Shown piece by piece: positions 16,214 to 24,523 of a stretch of DNA of 29,579 bases (position 1 is its first letter; every line of letters begins with the position of its first letter). The notes below the pieces were generated by a model. The model searched no databases. It was not told the DNA's origin and worked only from the letters and a program-made list of their open reading frames with translations. This DNA is from a virus (taxonomy: Duplodnaviria; Caudoviricetes): positions 1 through 29,579 of IMG/VR virus record IMGVR_UViG_3300035676_000032. The stretch is one strand, 5' to 3'. Both the position numbers and the translations under genes were made by a program.

Positions 16214-16825
16214 TTACATGATGCGGTACACAACGAATGTGTCAGCAGCAGTCTTGCGGATGCGGAAACGTGCCGCAGCACCAGAAGCAGCACCCGTTGC
16301 CGCGCCGCCCACAATGGTCACGCCTGTGTTGACCGTAATGGTCAAAGCAAACGCAGCCAAAGTGATGACGCTGAAGTCGAATGAGTCATCAATAGCCCAC
16401 TCGGTTGCAGCATCCAGCGCAGCGCCTGTTGGCAACTGGATGTCACGGCTTGCCGTGGGCGTTGCTGTGATGATGCTGGTCAACAGGTTAGCCGCAGTAG
16501 CAGCCATCGAACCACCGTCAGCAATGTTGGCTGGCGCTGGTTGAGGCTGCCAGTTGCCATTGTTGCTGATGGTCGGTGCTGTGCCGACAGCATAATTAGC
16601 GCCCGATGCACCAGCCTGAATTGTCACGATGGTGGCATTGGTGAATGCCGGTGAAACATAGGTGGTGTTCTCGACAACAGTTAGCAGGTCTTGCGAATCA
16701 GGAAAATTGGGGAATCCAACTTCCTGAAACACGCTTGCCGGTGAGAAGGCCTGAACGGCGATTTTTTCGCCAGCAGGCACAGTAACAACGGCCGTGCCTT
16801 GGGTGAAGATTACTTGATAGCTCAT
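16214..16825 (-). CDS. putative capsid decoration/cement protein
   Basis: strong TAAGGAG RBS, directly after coat and before the terminator; Ala/Thr-rich. Confidence 0.65.
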   Translation of the reverse strand: MSYQVIFTQGTAVVTVPAGEKIAVQAFSPASVFQEVGFPNFPDSQDLLTVVENTTYVSPAFTNATIVTIQAGASGANYAVGTAPTISNNGNWQPQPAPANIADGGSMAATAANLLTSIITATPTASRDIQLPTGAALDAATEWAIDDSFDFSVITLAAFALTITVNTGVTIVGGAATGAASGAAARFRIRKTAADTFVVYRIM

Positions 16826-16836
16826 GATTTAACTCC

Positions 16837-18123
16837 TTAGGCTTGACCGAACAGCAAGATGCCAGACATTTCTGGCTGCTTATTGACCACACCAAACAAG
16901 GTATCGAGACGATACTTGGTTTTCATGGTGTTGACATCGTATTGCTTCTGCATGACCAGCTCGATGCCTTGGTCGGTGCTTGCACGCATCACTGCGACAC
17001 CAGCATCAGACGGGACAGCGTAACGGCCTGGCAGAATCTCCAGCGCATCTTTCTGCCAGAAGCAGTTGATGGGTGCTGCAGCCACGTTCAGGCGAGTGAT
17101 GGTGCGGCCAGCGGCTGGGGTCACAATCACGTTCTGATACTGCAACTCAGCGTCAGTGCCACCCTGGGCCGAGATGATCGGAGGAGTGATGACGCAGGTC
17201 GTGGCGTTAACCACTTGCACCACACGGAAGGTCTTGGCAAAGCCAGTGCCCTGTTTGGTGATGTGATGCACAGCCTCAACGCCTTGAATCTGAATCGGCG
17301 TGCCGGCAGGTAGGTCGGTGGTGCTGGAGACCGTGATGGTCTGGAAGCGATTGTCCACGTTCTGGGTCTCGCCGGTGGCGGCAGTCTGGGTTGCTTGCGG
17401 AACGTAGTAGTTACCGGCAGCAGCCAAGGTGCTCATCGTCGGGTCTGAACCAGTGCGAGCCGCGATGCGGTTTGCGTAGTCCAGCTTGTAGGTCTCAAAG
17501 CCTGCAACCATACCAACGAAAGAACGCTCGAAAGCGGTATTCGACTTGTTGCCAGAGAAACTGCGCGATGCACCACCGCCAGTCGCACCACCGGCAATAT
17601 TGCCAGCGATGCCATTGTAGTCGCGCGAGGACAGGGCCAGGTAACGATCAAACGCTTGCACGCCCTGCTCGTTCATGATCGAGTCGCACAGGGCCACATC
17701 GTCATAATCACCAGCAGCGGTGTTCACCGTCACGACCAGCGAACCTTGAGCGGCTGCAACGTTCATGATGGCGATGTTGATGTCGGAGGCCAGCTTTTGC
17801 TTTGCAGCATCACCCAGACGACCCTCTTGCAGCGCATCACGCAGCTCCAGTGCGTCCAAAATCCACGGCACTGACTTCTGAAAGCCAAGCGTGGCAGGGA
17901 CGGTGAGCTGGGTATAGGCAGTGAAGTTGCCGGTTTGATCCATGCCGTCATAGCTTTGGGCGATGTAGGGCTGGGGGCGATAGATCACGTTGTTGGTGCG
18001 CTCCATCATCGTGCCGTCTGTGTTATAGACGGACACGTTGCGGGACAACACCAGAGCATCGTTAAAGCCTTCGAGGATGTCCTCGAACGCAACGCGCTCT
18101 TCTTTTGAAAAACTATTAGCCAT
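16837..18123 (-). CDS. major capsid protein, P22 gp5-like
   Basis: MANSFSKEERVAFED...AKQKLASDIN...YRLDTLFGV..KQPE..G; follows scaffold. Confidence 0.92.
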   Translation of the reverse strand: MANSFSKEERVAFEDILEGFNDALVLSRNVSVYNTDGTMMERTNNVIYRPQPYIAQSYDGMDQTGNFTAYTQLTVPATLGFQKSVPWILDALELRDALQEGRLGDAAKQKLASDINIAIMNVAAAQGSLVVTVNTAAGDYDDVALCDSIMNEQGVQAFDRYLALSSRDYNGIAGNIAGGATGGGASRSFSGNKSNTAFERSFVGMVAGFETYKLDYANRIAARTGSDPTMSTLAAAGNYYVPQATQTAATGETQNVDNRFQTITVSSTTDLPAGTPIQIQGVEAVHHITKQGTGFAKTFRVVQVVNATTCVITPPIISAQGGTDAELQYQNVIVTPAAGRTITRLNVAAAPINCFWQKDALEILPGRYAVPSDAGVAVMRASTDQGIELVMQKQYDVNTMKTKYRLDTLFGVVNKQPEMSGILLFGQA

Positions 18124-18141
18124 GATTGACTCCTAAAAAAA

Positions 18142-18978
18142 TTACTTGGGTGCTGATCGTTTCTGCGCCCGATACTGAATGACTTTCGTCATGTTTCCAG
18201 TACGGGCTGCTTCTTCTCTCAGCCGTTCGAGGGTTGAGTCCACCGCACCTGAAGATCGTCCAGTTCCCGAGACGATACGCTCTGGTGCGGGTGCTGCTCT
18301 GCGATTGGTCACTTTCAATTCTTTCTCCAGTTTCGCTACCGCAAAGGCAAACTTTACGGGGTCTTTGATGTCAGACAACTCCTTGGCCTTCTTTGGGTTC
18401 TTGCCAAGTGCGTAGACGACAAGAGCAGGGTTATCTGCACCTTGCAGCATGACGCCTTGCTGGGTAATGTTGAAGACTTCCAGGGCCACGGCCTCGGCAT
18501 CCTCAAAATCTTTAACTCGCAACTCGGCTTTCGCCTTGCCGTAGCCATCCAGTTTGGCTTTCCAGGCCTTCTGCTGATTCATAACTTCAGCTTCTTGCCT
18601 GGCGCTGGCCTCGTCGGCTTGACGCTTGCGCTCAAACCAATCGGCCAATGCTGTCTCGAATTTATCAGCATCGTAATCGTGATCTTCCAGCTTCGGCTTT
18701 ACTCCCAGCACGACCGGCTTGGTCTCAGTCTGTGCGGTTGTTTGTAGCTTGTTCTGAAGCTCGCGGTTCTGACGTTGCAATTCTCGGTTCGTCTTTCGCA
18801 GCTCGCGTACCCATTCAGGCGCATGAGTCTGTTCTTCGGGAGGTGGCGCTTCCTCACCAATGCTGACAACAACTTCCTCGGTATCTTCAGTTTCCACCTC
18901 GTCAACGGGTTCGTTGACTACGATTTCCTCTTCTTCTACCTCGATCTCGCTGTCATCAATTTCTGCCTTTTCATTCAT
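18142..18978 (-). CDS. scaffolding protein
   Basis: acidic N-terminus, coiled coil, KPKLED.DYD, basic C-terminal helix-turn-helix; lies between portal and coat; start uncertain (18978 to 18999). Confidence 0.85.
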   Translation of the reverse strand: MNEKAEIDDSEIEVEEEEIVVNEPVDEVETEDTEEVVVSIGEEAPPPEEQTHAPEWVRELRKTNRELQRQNRELQNKLQTTAQTETKPVVLGVKPKLEDHDYDADKFETALADWFERKRQADEASARQEAEVMNQQKAWKAKLDGYGKAKAELRVKDFEDAEAVALEVFNITQQGVMLQGADNPALVVYALGKNPKKAKELSDIKDPVKFAFAVAKLEKELKVTNRRAAPAPERIVSGTGRSSGAVDSTLERLREEAARTGNMTKVIQYRAQKRSAPK

Positions 18979-18996
18979 CTTCAACCCCATCAAACT

Positions 18997-19028
18997 CACC
19001 CATTAAAAACGGCTGGGTGGATACCGTT
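18997..19028 (-). promoter_or_regulatory. candidate H-type pseudoknot in scaffold leader
   Basis: S1 AACGGU/GCCGUU, S2 CACCCA/UGGGUG, loops 3/0/5 nt. Confidence 0.5.
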
Positions 19029-19034
19029 AATTAC

Positions 19035-19063
19035 ATTCTCGCCCTTTTTCTGTCATCTGACAA
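19035..19063 (-). promoter_or_regulatory. sigma70-like promoter TTGTCA-17-GAGAAT
   Basis: hexamers at 19063-19058 and 19040-19035 upstream of scaffold/coat. Confidence 0.5.
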
Positions 19064-21113
19064 CGGGCTGCACAATCTGGCCGCGCAATATCTCTTGCAC
19101 AGCCTCTGCATTTGTGAGCGCCATATTCTGGGCAGTCTCGTCGACCTTGCCGAGCGTCTCCAGTGTCTTGGCTCGGCTGAGTTCAGCATCGGCCACGGTC
19201 TTGACGGTGTTGGCACGGGCCTGGGCGGCCTTGGCGGTGGCTTCTTCTGCCGCTGCCTGGAGATACATGGCGTTGGGGTCTTGGGGCTTGCCCTGCATCT
19301 CGGCCATGAGTTCCTGGGCCTCGTCCTCGGTGGGCTGCACCACGCCCATGCGCAGGAGCTTCTTGCGGAAGTAGGCGTTCGTGTCGCTGAGGCCTTCGCC
19401 CTCCATGTTCATCATTGCCATCGCGGTCAAGACTTGCGCAGTCTCTGGGTCTTGCGTCATGGCAAGCATTCCGGTCAGGGCACGGACGGTTGCCTGCTTT
19501 TTGCTGCTGCTGGACGGGCCGACCTCGGCGATCACATCAAAGGTGGCAGAGCTAAGGTCGTTCTCCATGACCATCGCACCTGTTTCGGTGTCAATCGCAG
19601 GCTTCATCAGCTCGACCACGCTTGACTCACCAGTTGGTGCAATGGCCTTCATTTTGCGCTTTTCCTCAACGTAGATGTCTCTTGCCATGCTCAGCCAGAT
19701 TTCTCCGGAACGCTTCATGCCCTTGGCAAAGTTGCTCATGTAGATGAAGGCCTGCATATCGACGCGAGTCTGGATCATCTCCACGGCCTTGCCTGACATA
19801 CCGCTGACCATCTTGTCAGCCCCTTGCGGGTTGCCCAAAATTTCCTGCATATCGGTCTCTGTGATCTGCAGGAGCGCAGCCATTGCTGGAGGTATCTGTG
19901 GGCTTTTTGTGTAGGCGATGGGGCCGCTGATTTGCTGCTCGCCGTTTGGCCCTGTGATCGGATTGACCAGCAGGTACGGGTAGTCCTTGAGGTTGTCCTC
20001 GGCCCACATGACCTGGTGGCCTGCCACCTGCTCTGGAACCAGGATTGGCTTCTCGACGCTGGACAGTGCGCTGATCTCGCCCAGCTTGCTGAGCTGCATG
20101 TTCTTCAGGCGCTGGGCATCTTTTGCCAGGCGTACCGCGCCCATGCAGCGTTCGATGTTGTCCACGAACCAGCGCTTGCCGTAGACCACGACGATGGGAA
20201 TGCAGTTGCCTGCAATGTATCCAGCATCCTCAAGCACTTTGCCGCCGGACATGATGTACTTGCGCACGCGCTTGCGCTTAACCTTTTTCTGCCGCACCTC
20301 GATGGTTCCGACCGCTGCCAGCGTTTCCTCTAAGGTCTCGTCGGCTGCGAAGTCGGCAGAGCTATAACGCTCCTCGGTGCCGTCGATGGCCTGGAAGATG
20401 CGGATGGTCTCGATCTTCTCCTCGACCTTGAAGTACTCAGCCACAAACACGACATCAGGCGTTGCCCAATCAAACTCATACTGGTGGATGATCTTGGGCC
20501 AGTCTGTGGGGTCGTCGTTGTAGATTTCTTTGTAGCTCTCACGGGTCATGCTGGAGACCACAAAGGCATACTTGGCGTCCGACTTGTCCTGGCGCTTGGC
20601 GTTCAAGTCAAAGAACACCGAGCTGTCGGCATCAAAGATTGGCTCCATGCGAATGCGCTGCCGGTCATCTTCGCCATTTTCTTCGTCCTCGTATACGGTG
20701 CGCAGCCGCCATGCGCCAATGCCACCTCCGACCGCCTCCTCGAAAGCGTTGTCGTAGGCCTCGTCTGCCACGGACGCCTGCTCGTCGGCACGATACAGGC
20801 CATCACAGACCTCGGCCAACCTGTCGTTATTTGTGCCATCTTTGGACACATAGTCCACAGTGATGCGGTTGTTGCGGTATTCGTTGACGATGCGAATGAC
20901 CGCCAGCATGATCTTGTTGACCTCAAACTTGGGCTTGTTCTCATACTGATCCCACAGTGGGCCTTCCCACTGACTGCCACACAGGGAGTAGAAGCGCCTG
21001 TCTTGCAGGCACTGCAGGCGCTCATCCCGCAGCGCAGTCTGGATGTCATTGAACTGGCGCAGGGCTTCGCTGTGCAGATTCGAGAGCCTCTGATCGTTTG
21101 AGATTCTGGCCAT
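19053..21113 (-). CDS. portal protein, P22 gp1-like
   Basis: 686 aa; D.RF....G.QW, KPKFEVNKI, YGKRWFVDNIER..G.VR.AKDAQRL.N, EVGPSSSSKKQ. Confidence 0.93.
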   Translation of the reverse strand: MARISNDQRLSNLHSEALRQFNDIQTALRDERLQCLQDRRFYSLCGSQWEGPLWDQYENKPKFEVNKIMLAVIRIVNEYRNNRITVDYVSKDGTNNDRLAEVCDGLYRADEQASVADEAYDNAFEEAVGGGIGAWRLRTVYEDEENGEDDRQRIRMEPIFDADSSVFFDLNAKRQDKSDAKYAFVVSSMTRESYKEIYNDDPTDWPKIIHQYEFDWATPDVVFVAEYFKVEEKIETIRIFQAIDGTEERYSSADFAADETLEETLAAVGTIEVRQKKVKRKRVRKYIMSGGKVLEDAGYIAGNCIPIVVVYGKRWFVDNIERCMGAVRLAKDAQRLKNMQLSKLGEISALSSVEKPILVPEQVAGHQVMWAEDNLKDYPYLLVNPITGPNGEQQISGPIAYTKSPQIPPAMAALLQITETDMQEILGNPQGADKMVSGMSGKAVEMIQTRVDMQAFIYMSNFAKGMKRSGEIWLSMARDIYVEEKRKMKAIAPTGESSVVELMKPAIDTETGAMVMENDLSSATFDVIAEVGPSSSSKKQATVRALTGMLAMTQDPETAQVLTAMAMMNMEGEGLSDTNAYFRKKLLRMGVVQPTEDEAQELMAEMQGKPQDPNAMYLQAAAEEATAKAAQARANTVKTVADAELSRAKTLETLGKVDETAQNMALTNAEAVQEILRGQIVQPVVR

Positions 21114-21136
21114 AGATTAATTCCTCAATTTGTGCA

Positions 21137-21165
21137 ATTGTCTCACCACTTTTTCATATTGGCGA
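21137..21165 (-). promoter_or_regulatory. possible promoter TCGCCA-17-GACAAT with TGn extension
   Basis: hexamers at 21165-21160 and 21142-21137 upstream of portal. Confidence 0.35.
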
Positions 21166-22366
21166 TGGGGGTAAAAGCAACAGGCCTGGCTGCGCTGGAT
21201 CGCCGCACGGCCTCGCAGGCATACCGCAAGGCGTCAATGACGTGGTTTTTCTTGTCCTCAAGCACCGGCAATATTCTGCCGGTCAATGGGTCTTGCTTAT
21301 AGCTGTAAAGGGTCAGCTCGTCAATTGTGTGGATGCAGCGCGGATGCACCACGATGTCGTAGTTCTTCAGAAACTCGATGCCTTCCTCGACTGATTTCGG
21401 GCCTTTGATCGCCGTCATGATCTTGGGAAAGCCGTTCTTCTTCATGTGGCTGATGGTCTCTGGCCTGGCCGAGTCGGCCACGATGGGCCACTTCTCGGCC
21501 TCGGGCACGGTCATGAACAGCTCAGGGGTGTTCACGATCTCGCAGCCGATCATGTAGGCCTCGTAGTCGATGTAGAGTGTGCGGCCAATGATGTGGCAGC
21601 GCACCAGCGTGGTCGGATCGACGGCAAATCCCCAGTCAGCGCCGAGGCGGTGGATGGCATCTGGTGGTGCCTCGAAGTCCTCGACACGCCAGTTCTTGAA
21701 CACTCGGCTGCTGCTGTTGGTCAGATACTGGCCCATCCAGACATGGCTGTACTTGTCGGGATCGCGCCGCTTGTCGTACTCCATTTCGTCGCGCAGGACG
21801 TCTGGGAACCACGGGTTGTCGGTGAAGTTGACCTTCAGGACCGTGGCATCTTTGGGCGGTGTCGGGCCACGGAGCAAGAAGTCCACCGGGTCGGACTGAT
21901 CGCGTGGGTTCCATGTGAACCACAGCTCGGAGCCTGGCTTGCGGATCGTGGGCCGCAGCAGGTCGAGGCTGGTCTGGCTCAGGCTCTGGGCCTCCTCAAC
22001 CCAGGCGCAGTCATAACCCTCCAGCGACTTGATCGAGTCGGCGGTGTGGTTCTGCATACCTTGGAAGATGATCGCGCCATCAGCCTTTTTGGACTTGATG
22101 ACGACATCCTGCACCTCAAAATAAGCGCCAGCGTTCATGTCCTGAATTTTGGTCTCCAGCAGGCGTTTGACGGATTGGTTGAGCGACTTCTGGATTTCAC
22201 GGACGCAGACGCTGCGCCTTTTCTGATCCATGATGTGCGCCTCGATCATCAGCTCGGCAAACATGTGGGATTTGCCAGAGCCTCGGCCACCCCATGCGCC
22301 TTTGTAACGGCTTGGCTCCAGCAGGGGAAGCGCCCATTCGGGGGTTGCAAGTTGCAGGACGCTCAT
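21143..22366 (-). CDS. terL: terminase large subunit (PBSX/Terminase_3 family)
   Basis: Walker A GGRGSGKS, Walker B WVEEA, TWNP, nuclease GADWGF..DP, ADSA, NHVIDALRY. Confidence 0.95.
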   Translation of the reverse strand: MSVLQLATPEWALPLLEPSRYKGAWGGRGSGKSHMFAELMIEAHIMDQKRRSVCVREIQKSLNQSVKRLLETKIQDMNAGAYFEVQDVVIKSKKADGAIIFQGMQNHTADSIKSLEGYDCAWVEEAQSLSQTSLDLLRPTIRKPGSELWFTWNPRDQSDPVDFLLRGPTPPKDATVLKVNFTDNPWFPDVLRDEMEYDKRRDPDKYSHVWMGQYLTNSSSRVFKNWRVEDFEAPPDAIHRLGADWGFAVDPTTLVRCHIIGRTLYIDYEAYMIGCEIVNTPELFMTVPEAEKWPIVADSARPETISHMKKNGFPKIMTAIKGPKSVEEGIEFLKNYDIVVHPRCIHTIDELTLYSYKQDPLTGRILPVLEDKKNHVIDALRYACEAVRRSSAARPVAFTPIANMKKW

Positions 22367-22800
22367 GTTTTGACGATCACGCGCTTGATTTCCCTGAACT
22401 CCAAAGGCGCACCATCAGCGCCAGTCACCTCATGCTTCTGGGTTTCTGCCCAGCGCATCTGGGTCTTGGACCACCAAATCGCTGCGGTGGTGTCACCTGC
22501 CATGACCTTCTGAAATAGGGTTTTCCCTACCTGTCCGTTGGCCTTTGCCTTGCCTGAGACCAGCTCCTGGGCAAAGTGGGCGCGGAGCGTGTCAACGTGG
22601 ATGCCATCACGCACCAGGACTGCGATCTGCTCGATTGGCAGGCCGTAACCTGAGAGCGCTTCCACCTGTTTGCGCTCTGCATCAGTCGGCTCGAAGGCTG
22701 GTCGGCCAGCGCCTGGTTGCGCACCTCCAGTGCCTGGTCGAGCGCCGCCGTGCTTTTTTGGAACAGGTTTTTCTTCAAGTTTCGGTTTCTTAGTTGCCAT
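22363..22800 (-). CDS. terS: terminase small subunit
   Basis: HTH (GLPIEQIA...TLR.HF..EL..GK), AAIWWSK, EVTGADGAPL; ATGA-coupled to terL. Confidence 0.85.
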   Translation of the reverse strand: MATKKPKLEEKPVPKKHGGARPGTGGAQPGAGRPAFEPTDAERKQVEALSGYGLPIEQIAVLVRDGIHVDTLRAHFAQELVSGKAKANGQVGKTLFQKVMAGDTTAAIWWSKTQMRWAETQKHEVTGADGAPLEFREIKRVIVKT

Positions 22801-24118
22801 AGTGCACCTCATCAAAAGTCTTGCCGGTTTCGGCGTGTGTGGCTTTCTTGCCTGTAAAGTCCTGCCAGCGTTTGACAATCACGTCGCAGAACTTCGGGTC
22901 GAGCTCCATCAATCTGGATTTACGGTGTGTCTTTTCGCAGGCAATCATTGTGCTGCCGCTGCCGCCGAACAGGTCTAGAACGATCCATCCGTCCATGCTA
23001 GACCATTCCACCATGCGCTGCACCAGGCCGACCGGCTTCATGGTCGGGTGCAAGTCGCTCTTGGTTGGCCGATCGTGGTGAATGACGGTGGTTGGCATTT
23101 GCTCTTTGATCTGCTTGAGCATGGCCACCAGCTCGTCCTTTTTCATCTTGTCAATGTCCAGATCGTCATCGATCACCGTGGTCAGAGTGAAGTCTTTGCA
23201 GAAGTAATGGCCAGTGCCTTCTCGCCATCCGTAGAGGATTGGTTCGTGTTTCCAGTTGAAGTCTTGGCGCAAGAGCGTTCCGCTTTGCTTTGCCCAGACC
23301 AGAATTTGGGACAACTTCAGGCCAGCTTTCACGAAGCAGTCTGTGAATGCGACGCGTTCTGAGTCTGCATGGGCGACGTAAATCACCGCGCCGTCGCGCA
23401 TGTTCTCAAAGTACCTGGCATAAACCGCATCCAGAAACTTTCTGAATTCGGCGTCGCTCATGTCGTCGTTCATGATTTTGCCTGCTTTACCGTCGATCGC
23501 CACGTTGTATGGTGGGTCTGTCCAGACGAGGTCGGCTTTCTCGCCATCCATGAGCGTGGCCAAGTCGTTGGCCAGTGTGCTGTCGCCGCACATCAGGCGA
23601 TGTTGGCCAAGCAGCCAAACGTCACCGCGCTGGCTTTTGGGTTTCTCCTGAACTTCTGGGACTACGTTTTCGTCTGTCAGGCCTTCGATTGGTTCTTCGA
23701 CCATGAGTTCGGCCAGCTCATTCTTGCCAAAGCCAATCAGTGAAATGTCGAATCCCAAGTCTTGAAGTTCGCCAAGCTCGATGTTGAGCATGGATTCATC
23801 CCACCCGGCATTGAGTGCCAGCTTGTTGTCAGCCAGCACATAGGCCCGTTTCTTGGCCTCTGACCAGCCTTTGGCTACCATCACAGGCACCTCGGTCATT
23901 TGCAGGCGCTGTGCGGCCAGTGTGCGCCCGTGGCCTGCAATGATGCTTCCTTGCTCATCCACAAGGACTGGAGTTGTCCAGCCCCATTCCTTGATGCTGG
24001 CCGCGAGCTGGCTGATCTGCTCGTCGGAATGGGTGCGTGCATTGCGTGCGTAGGGCACCAGCTTCTCGATGGCCCAGCGTTCCACCTTGTCTGCGGGATT
24101 GTGTGTTTTCGTGGTCAT
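22790..24118 (-). CDS. ParB/Srx-domain fused N6A/N4C DNA methyltransferase
   Basis: PYARNARTH...IIAGHGR...ADNKL; TDPPY before DLFGGSGST (beta-class order); HPTMKP. Confidence 0.92.
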   Translation of the reverse strand: MTTKTHNPADKVERWAIEKLVPYARNARTHSDEQISQLAASIKEWGWTTPVLVDEQGSIIAGHGRTLAAQRLQMTEVPVMVAKGWSEAKKRAYVLADNKLALNAGWDESMLNIELGELQDLGFDISLIGFGKNELAELMVEEPIEGLTDENVVPEVQEKPKSQRGDVWLLGQHRLMCGDSTLANDLATLMDGEKADLVWTDPPYNVAIDGKAGKIMNDDMSDAEFRKFLDAVYARYFENMRDGAVIYVAHADSERVAFTDCFVKAGLKLSQILVWAKQSGTLLRQDFNWKHEPILYGWREGTGHYFCKDFTLTTVIDDDLDIDKMKKDELVAMLKQIKEQMPTTVIHHDRPTKSDLHPTMKPVGLVQRMVEWSSMDGWIVLDLFGGSGSTMIACEKTHRKSRLMELDPKFCDVIVKRWQDFTGKKATHAETGKTFDEVHYGN

Positions 24119-24297
24119 GCTGCATTGTCCTTCAGAATTTGCTGCCGCGCCATCTTCATCGCATCCTTGAGGTCAATCCTGAGCTGCTCGTTGGCCTCCT
24201 GCTCGGCCAGCAGGGCAGCGTAGCAGTCCTGGCAAAAGCGCACCAGGTTGTCGCGCTGCCAGGTCTCAAAGTTTGGTTGGTCAATTTGTTGTGTCAT
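24115..24297 (-). CDS. hypothetical coiled-coil protein, 60 aa
   Basis: PNFETW..DNL.RF; ATGA-coupled to the methyltransferase. Confidence 0.65.
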   Translation of the reverse strand: MTQQIDQPNFETWQRDNLVRFCQDCYAALLAEQEANEQLRIDLKDAMKMARQQILKDNAA

Positions 24298-24318
24298 GTT
24301 AGTGCTTGCTTACTTTCC

Positions 24319-24517
24319 TGTGGATAACTTTTTACCACTTTTTATGTGGCCTTGGTTATGGAATTGGCCGCAGCGTTAGGTAACTGGTAACCCCCCCTAA
24401 AGGGGGGGATTACGTTACGTTACCCTAAACGCAGCCTTTGCCCAGGTAACTGATTACGTTTTTTTACGTCACAGTTACCTGTTACCTTTCCATGATTGTG
24501 GATAAGTCTGTGGATAA
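24319..24517. other. putative replication origin
   Basis: TGTGGATAA (DnaA box) at 24319, 24497 and 24509; AGGTAACTG at 24378 and 24444, inverted at 24472; C7-TAAA-G7 palindrome 24391-24408; lies just past the primase-helicase 3' end. Confidence 0.75.
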
Positions 24518-24523
24518 CCATAA

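Noticed and set aside
21446-22513. Long antisense ORFs (also 27395..28480 -, 20484..21101 +, 19017..19625 +)
   Set aside because: Shadow frames of GC-rich genes, with no recognisable motifs
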